64,000 nt of DNA. It comes from Dehalococcoidia bacterium (lineage in GTDB: Bacteria; Chloroflexota; Dehalococcoidia; Bin125). Of this stretch, positions 1-10,171 are shown piece after piece. The stretch spans positions 68,659 through 132,658 of the forward strand of contig JAJEBU010000126.1 in assembly GCA_022822375.1 (NCBI GenBank), read 5' to 3'. The notes below the pieces were generated by a model that was given only the letters and a program-made list of their open reading frames with translations, made no database searches and was not told where the DNA came from. Every line of letters starts with the position of its first letter. Position 1 is the stretch's first letter. The translations under genes and the position numbers were made by a program.

Positions 1-1
1 C

Positions 2-685
2 CTGGCGCTCTTCGAGGTGGGCAAAGTCTTCTTGCCAAACCCTGGCGGCCTCGCGACCGAACGGCGCATGTTGCTAGCTCTGATCGGTGGCGACCTCTCC
101 CCGTCCATGCACGGCGGCGAGCAGCGTCCGCTGGACTTCTACGACGCCAAGGGCGTGCTCGAGCAACTGGGACACGGCGTCGGCGCCGAGTTCGCGATCG
201 CCCAGCACGCCGCCGATGCCGCGCTGTCGCCCGGCCAGTCCGCTTCCGTGACCGTTGCCGGCCAATCCGTCGGCGTGATCGGACGCGTGGAGCCGGCCGT
301 CGCGTCGCAGTTCAACGCCGAGGGTGACGTATTCGCCCTCGAGCTCTCGATCAGCGAGCTCGCGCCGCTGATCGGTGGGGCGGTCACGGTCGCCTCACCG
401 TCGGTCTATCCGGCGGCCGTCGAGGATTTGGCGCTGATCGTCGACGAGAGCCTGCCCGCTGGCGAGCTGGAAGCGGCCATTCGCGGCAACGGATTGGTCG
501 AGGATGTCGAGCTGTTCGACGTGTACAGCGGCGAGCCGATCGCTGACGGCTCCAAGTCACTTGCGTTCCGGGTGCACTATCGCTCGCCCGATCGGACGCT
601 GTCGGAGCGGGATGTTGAGAAGGCGCGGCGCGGGATCGTGCGTCGCTTGGCCTCGCAGTTCGGCGCGGAACTGCGCGATTCCTAG
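2..685 (+). CDS. pheT: Phenylalanine--tRNA ligase beta subunit, C-terminal portion (5' end outside window)
   Basis: Translation ends ...FDVYSGEPIADGSKSLAFRVHYRSPDRTLSERDVEKARRGIVRRLASQFGAELR, typical of the PheT C-terminal ferredoxin-fold anticodon-binding (FDX-ACB) domain. The ORF runs off the window start. Stop TAG at 683-685. Confidence 0.85.
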   Translation: MALFEVGKVFLPNPGGLATERRMLLALIGGDLSPSMHGGEQRPLDFYDAKGVLEQLGHGVGAEFAIAQHAADAALSPGQSASVTVAGQSVGVIGRVEPAVASQFNAEGDVFALELSISELAPLIGGAVTVASPSVYPAAVEDLALIVDESLPAGELEAAIRGNGLVEDVELFDVYSGEPIADGSKSLAFRVHYRSPDRTLSERDVEKARRGIVRRLASQFGAELRDS

Positions 686-866
686 CTGTCCGAGCCCCCT
701 CTTTGGTTATCTGTGTTGTCTGGTGATCAGACGCACGGCGCGCGCACGTCGGGCATGTTGGCACTCTCGACCGAAGAGTGCCAGAATGAGAAGCAGCTGG
801 TTAGCACTCTACGCATCAGAGTGCCAGCACTCAGCCAGCGGCCCGCGCGCACGAACGGAATCGGCC

Positions 867-1394
867 ATGACCTTCATCCACCCAAACCTCTCGGAGCACT
901 ACGGCACCGGCGCGGAACTGCCCGCCCTCGCTGAGCGCATCAACGGCGCGGGCGACCATCTTGAGCTTGCGGCGGCGCTCAATGACGCGACCGCGCTTCC
1001 ACGCGTCGAACTGCGCCGGGTCATGCGAACCCTGGTCCGTCGCGAGGGCGGTGCATCACCCAATGCAGCTCACGAGCTCGCCGCGCGACGACTGCGCGCT
1101 CTGTTGCAGTTGGACGTCGAGGCGGCTCGCGTCATCGCCCGAGCCTGCACCGACGCCTTCGTTGACCTGCCCGACCGTTGGCAGGAGCGCAGCTGCGAAA
1201 TCGAGCTGAGCGTGATCAAGAACGCTCTGCACGCCCGCGAATTCCTGGCGTTGACCGAGATTCTGCCCTGGCTGCACCAGGCGGAGTCGGCGTCCTGGTT
1301 GCAGGCGCGGTTGGACCGTGAACGAGACACAGACGCCTTGCCGACGAATGAGCCGACGAATGATCAGACGCAGGGGGTCATCGAGCGCGTGTAG
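867..1394 (+). CDS. hypothetical protein (175 aa)
   Basis: The long ORF 504..1394 has an Arg-rich N-terminal part that is antisense-like. Balanced composition starts at ATG 867 (MTFIHPNLSEHYGTG...). No recognisable domain. Confidence 0.45.
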   Translation: MTFIHPNLSEHYGTGAELPALAERINGAGDHLELAAALNDATALPRVELRRVMRTLVRREGGASPNAAHELAARRLRALLQLDVEAARVIARACTDAFVDLPDRWQERSCEIELSVIKNALHAREFLALTEILPWLHQAESASWLQARLDRERDTDALPTNEPTNDQTQGVIERV

Positions 1395-1446
1395 CGCACC
1401 GTGGGCAGATGTCCGAGAGCGGTGAGAGCGGCCTGAGCCGCGCGGG

Positions 1447-1824
1447 TTAGGCCGCCTGCGCGTCTGGCGCTGGTTCGGCGGCCGCGGCCTGCTCCGCGAC
1501 CGCGCGGAAGCCGTCCGGGTCGTGCAGCGCCATCTCGGCCAGGACCTTGCGGTCAACCTCGATGCCGGCCAGCTTCATCGCGTGCATCAGGCGGCTGTAG
1601 GTCGTGCCGTTGAGCCGCGCCGCGGCGTTGATTCGCTGAATCCAGATTCGTCGCATATCGCCCTTGCGCTCGCGCCGATGGGCGTAGGCGTAGGACAGCG
1701 CGTGCAGGCGCGACTCCGACGCACGCCGGTACAGGCGATGGCGTACGCCGTGATGCCCCTTTGTCTGCTTGAGGACTTTCTTGTGTCGGCGCCGCTCGCG
1801 CGGACCGCCCTTGACTCGTGGCAT
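1447..1824 (-). CDS. rplT: 50S ribosomal protein L20
   Basis: MPRVKGGPRERRRHKKVLKQTKGHHG... matches the L20 N-terminus and the lysine/arginine-rich L20 fold. It lies downstream of rpmI and infC in the conserved infC-rpmI-rplT order. Confidence 0.92.
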   Translation of the reverse strand: MPRVKGGPRERRRHKKVLKQTKGHHGVRHRLYRRASESRLHALSYAYAHRRERKGDMRRIWIQRINAAARLNGTTYSRLMHAMKLAGIEVDRKVLAEMALHDPDGFRAVAEQAAAAEPAPDAQAA

Positions 1825-1865
1825 GGGTCGTCCTGTCTCAGTTCAGGTGGCGCACAGCGGCGAGG

Positions 1866-2072
1866 CTACGGCGAGCCGTACGGCAACAGGCGCTTGACGC
1901 GCTTCTGATTGCCGACGTTCTTGACGCCGTGCATTCGGCCTTGTTCGCGCAAGGTGCGCTTGTGTTTCTTCTGCTTGTTGTGGCCACGGTAACCCTTCAT
2001 CCGCATCACCTTGCCGGTGCGCGTAATCCGGAACCGCTTGGCTGTGCCCTTGTGGGTCTTCATCTTCGGCAT
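1866..2072 (-). CDS. rpmI: 50S ribosomal protein L35
   Basis: MPKMKTHKGTAKRFRITRTGKVMRMKGYRGHNKQKK... is a canonical L35 sequence. Start taken at the internal MPKMK (ATG at 2072) rather than the ORF-track start. Confidence 0.9.
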   Translation of the reverse strand: MPKMKTHKGTAKRFRITRTGKVMRMKGYRGHNKQKKHKRTLREQGRMHGVKNVGNQKRVKRLLPYGSP

Positions 2073-2207
2073 CGCAGGCGATCTCCAGCACATCCAACTC
2101 GAACGAGCGTGGTGTCAGCTTACGCGACGCCCGCGCACTGTCCAATTGCCGCCGACACACTTCACGGCGGTCGTGCGGAAACGACAGACACTCACTGACC
2201 GCACGGA

Positions 2208-2840
2208 TCAGCCGGCGGCCTCTGTCGACTCCGCCTGGACCGCAACGGCTTCAGCCGCCGCAGCGGCCTCCGCGGCCTTGGCCATCGACTGAGACTTGGC
2301 CTTGTCCTCCACCACGATCATCGACATCGACCGACCCTCAATCGAGATTGGCTTCTCCACGGTCGTCGCGACGCCGTTCTCTTCCAGCGTCTCGATCATT
2401 TCCTGGATGCGCTCGGCCCCAATCTCTCGGTGGGTGATCTCGCGCCCGCGGAACGTGATCGAAATCTTGACCTTGTCCCCGTTGCGCAGCAGACGCGCAG
2501 CGGTGCGGCCTTTGGCCTCCATGTCGTGGCGGCCGATGTTGGGGCGCATCTTGACCTGATGCAGCGATGCGGTTTTCTGACGCTTGCGGCCCTCGCGCTC
2601 GCGTTTGGACTGCTCGTACTTGAAGCGCCCGTAGTCCATCATCCGCGCGACCGGCGGCCGAGCGGTCGGCGCGACTTCGACCAGATCGAGACCTTGCGCA
2701 CTGGCAAGGTCGAGCGCTTGCGGCGTCGGCATGACGCCCAGTTGTTCACCGTCTGCGCCAATCACGCGCACTTCCCGAGTCCGAATCGACTCGTTGACTC
2801 GCTGTTCATGCTCTCGTTGATCCTTGACGGCCAGTGGAAT
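2208..2840 (-). CDS. infC: Translation initiation factor IF-3 (probable non-canonical AUU start at 2840; ORF-track GTG start at 2771 is internal)
   Basis: Hand translation upstream of the track start continues in frame as I-P-L-A-V-K-D-Q-R-E-H-E-Q-R-V-N-E-S-I-R-T-R-E-V-R-V-I-G-A-D-G-E-Q-L-G-V, matching the conserved IF-3 N-terminus (INEQIRAREVRLI...). In-frame stop at 2847-2849. The only start-like codon before it is ATT at 2838-2840; infC classically uses AUU. Confidence 0.8.
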   Translation of the reverse strand: MPLAVKDQREHEQRVNESIRTREVRVIGADGEQLGVMPTPQALDLASAQGLDLVEVAPTARPPVARMMDYGRFKYEQSKREREGRKRQKTASLHQVKMRPNIGRHDMEAKGRTAARLLRNGDKVKISITFRGREITHREIGAERIQEMIETLEENGVATTVEKPISIEGRSMSMIVVEDKAKSQSMAKAAEAAAAAEAVAVQAESTEAAG

Positions 2841-2973
2841 GCTCCTTCATTGTCGGAGGCGCAGCTCGAAGGCAACGCCACCATCGCTTGGTTGCGCTGA
2901 TGCTAAGCGCACCAGCGCTCGGTTTCAATGCTCGGGTTCAATCATAGGGAGGATGGAGGGAGTCGATGAGCCG

Positions 2974-3492
2974 CTACTCGGAGGCATCGGTATCAATCAC
3001 CAGCATGATGTCGCCCTGATCGACCGCGTCGCCGACGGCGACCGAGACTTCGGTCACGCGGCCCGAAGCAGGCGAGCGAATCTCGTTGTTCATCTTCATC
3101 GCGACCATGACCAGCAACGGATCGCCTTCCTCGACATCATCGCCGGCGGCGACCAGCACTTCCGTGACCTGGCCAGTCATCGGAGCGGGCATCCGAACCT
3201 CGCCGGCGATGGCGGGGCCCGACGCGGACAATGAGCCGGCGCTGCGCTCGATCTCCGTGTAGTGGCGGTCCGGTCCGATGAAGACTTCGGCCGACTTGCC
3301 GTCGCGACGGATCGCGATCGGGATGCGACGGCCATCGACGTACAAGCGGAACAGCGTGCTGTCGTCGACCGACTCGAGCTCGAGTTCGTAGCTGCGATCG
3401 CCGAGCTCGGCGTGAAAGCGACCGTCGCCAGTCTCGTCGATTGCGACTTCTTGCAGTGCGCCGTTGACGTTCAGCCGGTAGTTCTTCGCCAT
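2974..3492 (-). CDS. Biotin carboxyl carrier / biotinyl-domain protein of an acyl-CoA carboxylase (with BT-like linker domain)
   Basis: C-terminal biotinyl domain with the AMKM biotinylation motif (...GDPLLVMVAMKMNNEIRSPASGRVTEV...). ATG at 3492 is preceded by GGAG 8 nt upstream. Its start overlaps the accC stop by 22 nt (translational coupling). Confidence 0.75.
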   Translation of the reverse strand: MAKNYRLNVNGALQEVAIDETGDGRFHAELGDRSYELELESVDDSTLFRLYVDGRRIPIAIRRDGKSAEVFIGPDRHYTEIERSAGSLSASGPAIAGEVRMPAPMTGQVTEVLVAAGDDVEEGDPLLVMVAMKMNNEIRSPASGRVTEVSVAVGDAVDQGDIMLVIDTDASE

Positions 3493-5039
3493 CCCTGCTC
3501 CACTGGATATCGTCGCCCGCGCGCCGAGGCTGCCCAACCGCCGCGCCGGGCCGTGCGCCCGACGCGATCCGACTGGGCTGCCTCGCCTTGTGTGTGAAAG
3601 AAGAGTGCCGCAGCCAGTGTGGCCTCGAGCGAGGTGACCGGCCGCTGCGACACGTTGAGAATCTCGTTTTCCTCCACATACAGCGTGTGGATGTCGCCCG
3701 AGCGGAAGTGCTCGTCGTCCATCAGCGCCTGGTGGAACGGAATCGAGGTGCTGAGCCCAATCACCAGATACTCACCGAGCGCGCGCTTCATGCGTCGGAT
3801 GCACTGCTCGCGCGTTTCGCCCCAGGTGATCAGCTTGCTGATCAACGAGTCGTAATAGGGGCTCACGCCGACACCCCGGGCGAGCATCGAGTCAAGCCGC
3901 ACGCCAGGCCCGTCGGCCTCGCGGAACCAGGCGATCGGGCCAACGGACGGGGCGAAATCGCGGTATGGATCCTCGGCGGTGATGCGGCACTCCATCGCCC
4001 AGCCGCGAATCGGCCGCTCGGCGGCGGTGTAACCAAGCGGCTGACCACCGGCGATCTTGAGTTGGTCCTGGACCAGGTCCACTCCGCGCACGAGCTCGGT
4101 CACCGGGTGTTCCACCTGCAGGCGGGTGTTCATCTCGAGGAAGGCAAAGTTCTTGCCGTCGGGCGCGTTCGGATCGTCCCAGACGAGGAATTCGACGGTG
4201 CCGGTCGAGGTGTAATCGCAAGCGCGCGCCGCGTTCGTCGCCGCTTCTTCCATGCGGGCGCGCAGCTGTGCAGACACGCCGGGCGCGGGCGCCTCTTCAA
4301 CCAGCTTTTGACGCCGGCGCTGCGCCGAGCAGTCACGCTCGCCGAGGCAGACGACATTGCCGAAGCTGTCGGCGACGACCTGAATCTCAATGTGGCGGGC
4401 CGGACGCAGCAGCTTCTCGACGAAGACCGCGCCGTTGCCGAAGGCGGTGATCGCCTCCTCCTGCGCCTGCTGAACGGCGCGCTCGATCTCATCGGCCGAT
4501 TCAACGACGCGGATGCCGCGACCGCCGCCGCCGGCCGAGGCCTTGATCGCGATCGGATACCCGATCTCGTCGGCGATGGCGATCGCATCGGCGGGATCGT
4601 CGAGCGGATCGATCGTGCCGGGGATGATCGGAACGCCGGCTTGCTTCATCGTGCGGCGTGATTCGATCTTGTCGCCCATCAGCTCGATGGCCTCGGGGCT
4701 GGGGCCGACGAAGATGATGCCGGCCTCGCGACACGCGCGCGAGAAGTCAGTGTTCTCAGAGAGGAAGCCGTATCCGGGGTGGACCGCGTCGGCGCCCGTC
4801 TGCTTGGCGGCCGCCAGGACCGCGTCGGCGTTGAGGTAGCTCTCCGCTGGCGAAGGCCCGCCGATGCGCACGGCCTCGTCGGCCATGCGTACGTGGCGGG
4901 CGGTGCGGTCAGCGTCGGAGAACACGGCCACCGTTTGAATGCCGAGGTCGCGCGCGCCGCGGATGACGCGCACCGCAATCTCGCCCCGATTGGCGATCAA
5001 CAGCTTGTCGAACGGTCGCTGGTCGTCAGTCACAGTCAA
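3471..5039 (-). CDS. accC: Biotin carboxylase subunit of acetyl/propionyl-CoA carboxylase
   Basis: LLIANRGEIAVRVIRGARDLGIQTVAVFSD...HPGYGFLSEN is the ATP-grasp biotin carboxylase signature. 522 aa. Confidence 0.9.
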   Translation of the reverse strand: MTVTDDQRPFDKLLIANRGEIAVRVIRGARDLGIQTVAVFSDADRTARHVRMADEAVRIGGPSPAESYLNADAVLAAAKQTGADAVHPGYGFLSENTDFSRACREAGIIFVGPSPEAIELMGDKIESRRTMKQAGVPIIPGTIDPLDDPADAIAIADEIGYPIAIKASAGGGGRGIRVVESADEIERAVQQAQEEAITAFGNGAVFVEKLLRPARHIEIQVVADSFGNVVCLGERDCSAQRRRQKLVEEAPAPGVSAQLRARMEEAATNAARACDYTSTGTVEFLVWDDPNAPDGKNFAFLEMNTRLQVEHPVTELVRGVDLVQDQLKIAGGQPLGYTAAERPIRGWAMECRITAEDPYRDFAPSVGPIAWFREADGPGVRLDSMLARGVGVSPYYDSLISKLITWGETREQCIRRMKRALGEYLVIGLSTSIPFHQALMDDEHFRSGDIHTLYVEENEILNVSQRPVTSLEATLAAALFFHTQGEAAQSDRVGRTARRGGWAASARGRRYPVEQGWRRTTG

Positions 5040-5132
5040 CGTCTCCCACAGCCGCTCCAGCGGCCCGCATCCTCAGGCAGCACAGCGATCATAACCGCGC
5101 GAGTGGTGTTGGAGTATCGAGCGCGCGACGAA

Positions 5133-6962
5133 TCAGGCGGGTTCGGCAGCGCGCCGACGCCGCAGGTCGGTCAGCAACGCCCGAATCTCGTCCAGCGATT
5201 TGGCCCCCAGATCGTCGCCGCTGCGGACGCGGACGGCCGCCGCTCGAGCGTCCACCTCGCGATCGCCGATCACGAGCAGATACGGAATCTTGCGCTTTTG
5301 GCCGTTGCGAATCTTTGCCTGCATCCGTTCGTTTCCGTCGTCGACGTCGACCCGCAGCCCGGCAGCCCGCAGGTCAGCGGCCACTTCGCGCGCCCAGTCT
5401 TGGTGACGATCTGCGATCGGGATGCAGCGCGCCTGGACCGGCGCCAGCCAGAGCGGGAAGTTGCCCGCGTAATGCTCGATCAAGATGCCCAGAAATCGCT
5501 CGAACGAGCCGTGAATCGCGCGATGGATGACAACCGGCGTGCGGCGCTCGCCGTCTTCCGCGACGTACACGCACCCCAACCGTTCCGGCTGGATCAGGTC
5601 GAGCTGGATCGTGGACAGCTGCCATTCGCGGCCCATGGCGTCGGAGACGAACAGGTCCGCCTTCGGCCCATAGAAGGCGGCCTCGCCTTCCTGCTCGACA
5701 TAATCAATGCCTGCGGTGTCGAGCGCTGAGCGCAGCGCGGTCACCGCGGTCTGCCATGCGTCAGGATCATCGACGTACTTGCCGCTCTCGCCGGGCAGCG
5801 ACAGCTCGTAGCGGAAGTTCGGCATGCCGTAGGTCTCGAACAGCGTCTGGACCAACTCCAGCACACGCGAGACCTCGTCCGAAATCTGATCAGGCGTGAT
5901 GAAGATGTGGCAGTCGTCCTGGGTCAGCGAGCGCACGCGCGTCAGCCCCGACAACTGGCCCGACTTCTCGTAGCGGTACAGCGTCGTGTACTCCGCATAG
6001 CGCAGTGGAAACTCGCGGTACGAGTGCAGCGTGTGGTTGTACAGCGTCATGTGGACCGGACAGTTCATCGGCTTCAGGTAGTAGGCCTCCGGGTCCTCGT
6101 CGTCGGGGTCTTCGCGCATCGCCGGGTACATGACGTCGGCGTAGTTCTCGAGGTGTCCCGACCGACGGAACAGCTCGCCGCGCGCGACGTGGCCCGTCCA
6201 GACTTCCTGGTAGCCGCGCGCCTCCTGCAGCTCACGGATCAGCGTTTCCATCTCCTGGCGGATGATCGCGCCGTCGGGCAGCAGCAACGGCACGCCCGCG
6301 CCGACGAGCTCGGAGAACGCGAACAGACCCAGGTCGCGGCCGAGCTTGCGGTGATCGCGCCGCTGCGCCTCTTCGATCCGCTGGAAGTGCGCATCGAGCT
6401 CTTCGCGAGTGGCAAACAGCGCACCGTAGACCCGCTGCAGCTGCGGTCGCGTCTCGTCGCCCCGCCAGTACGCGCCGGCGACGCTGGTCAGGCGGAACGG
6501 ACCGATCTGGCGGGTCGACTCCACATGTCCGCCCTGGCAGAGGTCGGTGAACTCCGCGTGTGTACAGATGCCAAGCTGCTCGGCGTCGGCGCTGAACTGG
6601 TCGATCAGTTCCTGCTTGAACGGCTGGTCAGCGAACATCTCACGAGCGTCGGCGACGGGTATCTCGCGCCAGTCGAAGGCGTGATTGCGGCCCATCTCCT
6701 TGCGCATCCGCTTCTGGATTGTGGAGAGGTCCTCCGGCGTCAGCGGACGCGGCAGGTCGAAGTCGTAGTAGAACCCGGTCTCGATCGGCGGACCGATGGC
6801 GAACTTGGCGTCGGGGAACATCTGCAGCACGACCTGGGCCAGGACGTGTGCCGCGGAGTGCCGCATCCGCCGCAGCCACTCGTCGGCGTCGACCTCGTCC
6901 TGCGCGGCGACGCCGCCCGCGCCGACCGCATCGATGGCTCCGTCGAAGGGATCCTCCGCCAT
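5133..6962 (-). CDS. thrS: Threonine--tRNA ligase (609 aa, lacks N-terminal TGS domain; begins at the editing/second-additional domain)
   Basis: RHSAAHVLAQVV (zinc-binding editing-site His pair), class II catalytic core and C-terminal anticodon-binding domain. Positioned upstream of infC as in the conserved thrS-infC-rpmI-rplT cluster. Confidence 0.9.
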   Translation of the reverse strand: MAEDPFDGAIDAVGAGGVAAQDEVDADEWLRRMRHSAAHVLAQVVLQMFPDAKFAIGPPIETGFYYDFDLPRPLTPEDLSTIQKRMRKEMGRNHAFDWREIPVADAREMFADQPFKQELIDQFSADAEQLGICTHAEFTDLCQGGHVESTRQIGPFRLTSVAGAYWRGDETRPQLQRVYGALFATREELDAHFQRIEEAQRRDHRKLGRDLGLFAFSELVGAGVPLLLPDGAIIRQEMETLIRELQEARGYQEVWTGHVARGELFRRSGHLENYADVMYPAMREDPDDEDPEAYYLKPMNCPVHMTLYNHTLHSYREFPLRYAEYTTLYRYEKSGQLSGLTRVRSLTQDDCHIFITPDQISDEVSRVLELVQTLFETYGMPNFRYELSLPGESGKYVDDPDAWQTAVTALRSALDTAGIDYVEQEGEAAFYGPKADLFVSDAMGREWQLSTIQLDLIQPERLGCVYVAEDGERRTPVVIHRAIHGSFERFLGILIEHYAGNFPLWLAPVQARCIPIADRHQDWAREVAADLRAAGLRVDVDDGNERMQAKIRNGQKRKIPYLLVIGDREVDARAAAVRVRSGDDLGAKSLDEIRALLTDLRRRRAAEPA

Positions 6963-7009
6963 CGCGCTGCTCTCGGGTGCTCGTGCTGATCAGATGAACC
7001 TGTGCGGCG

Positions 7010-7088
7010 TGGTGGGCGATACTGGACTTGAACCAGTGACCTCTGCGATGTCAACGCAGCGCTCTAGCCAACTGAGCTAACCGCCCGC
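7010..7088 (-). tRNA. tRNA-Val (anticodon GAC), CCA encoded
   Basis: Reverse complement reads GCGGGCGGTTAGCTCAGTTGGCTAGAGCGCTGCGTTGACATCGCAGAGGTCACTGGTTCAAGTCCAGTATCGCCCACCA. D-arm GCTC/GAGC, anticodon stem CTGCG/CGCAG with loop TTGACAT, T-loop GGTTCAAGTCC, 3' CCA. Confidence 0.85.
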
Positions 7089-7465
7089 ACCGGGCTGCCG
7101 ACGCGGCGTGTATCGACGACGCCGGCTGTTTGTCATCGTATGCCTCGCAGTTCCGCCTGGTCAACGCGCGCCGCCGCCGTCGGTCGCGGCCTGACGAAGA
7201 CGTCTGCGGTAAGATCAGTGTCAACTCGTTGACGTTGTGCGCTGCGTTGGCTAGCTTGCGCCAACGACGTCAGACAGAACCGACCATCGGAGTCGAAGTG
7301 GGCCAAGGCACCTTGCGATCATCTGCAGAGCTGGGCAGCGTGCGGTCAGAGCGTGCGGCGCATGAGCGGTCGCCTTCGACTGTGAGTGAGACTGCGAGTG
7401 TCCGCGCCCGTGTACCATTGGGAGACGCGCTACTGCCGTTGGCACGGCGCGAGACCACCGGTCGC

Positions 7466-7541
<76 letters not shown>

Positions 7542-7615
7542 ACGACAGGTTCGCGAGCGAGGCGGCGCTTCGCTCGGAGCAGATTCTCCACGGGCCGCAG
7601 CGCTCGTCATCCCGC

Positions 7616-7700
7616 GGGGAAGTGTCGGAACTGGCAGACGAGCACGATTTAGGATCGTGTGCCGCAAGGCGTAGGAGTTCGAGTCTCCTCTTCCCCACCA
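7616..7700 (+). tRNA. tRNA-Leu (anticodon TAG), long variable arm, CCA encoded
   Basis: GGGGAAGTGTCGGAACTGGCAGACGAGCACGATTTAGGATCGTGTGCCGCAAGGCGTAGGAGTTCGAGTCTCCTCTTCCCCACCA. Acceptor GGGGAAG/CTTCCCC, anticodon stem CACGA/TCGTG with loop TTTAGGA, class II variable arm, T-loop TTCGAGT. Confidence 0.8.
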
Positions 7701-7772
7701 TCGGCCGCGAGTCTGTCGTTCGCCGACCAGTGCACCATGCGGCGAAATCGGCGTCGCTGAAGGAGTGTTCAC

Positions 7773-10062
<2,290 letters not shown>

Positions 10063-10090
10063 CACGCAGCAGCATCGGACACTGCCAGAG

Positions 10091-10118
10091 CGGGGCCGAG
10101 AGGCCCCGTTCTGCGTCT
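10091..10118 (+). terminator. Candidate intrinsic terminator after the ABC ATPase pair
   Basis: Perfect hairpin CGGGGCC-GAGA-GGCCCCG (7-bp GC stem, GNRA tetraloop) followed by TTCTGCGTCT. It lies 29 nt after the stop at 10062 and upstream of lepA. Confidence 0.45.
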
Positions 10119-10171
10119 CCGACGGCATCCGCAGCGGTGGCGCACCCGTCTGACTGATACGATCAGGGAAC

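Noticed and set aside
384-1556. ORFs 384..764(-), 504..866(+ N-terminal part), 961..1209(+), 1056..1556(-), 1070..1330(-)
   Set aside because: Arg/Pro/Ser-rich translations typical of wrong-frame or antisense reading of 70% GC DNA. They overlap the confidently identified pheT 3' end and the better-composed 867..1394 ORF.
3588-4661. 357-aa + strand ORF and several smaller ones across 3588-5039
   Set aside because: Antisense to biotin carboxylase (accC), whose identity is unambiguous. Composition is Arg/Gly/Asp-rich shadow-ORF type.
5907-6989. 360-aa + strand ORF
   Set aside because: Antisense to thrS. Val/Arg/Leu-rich low-complexity translation.
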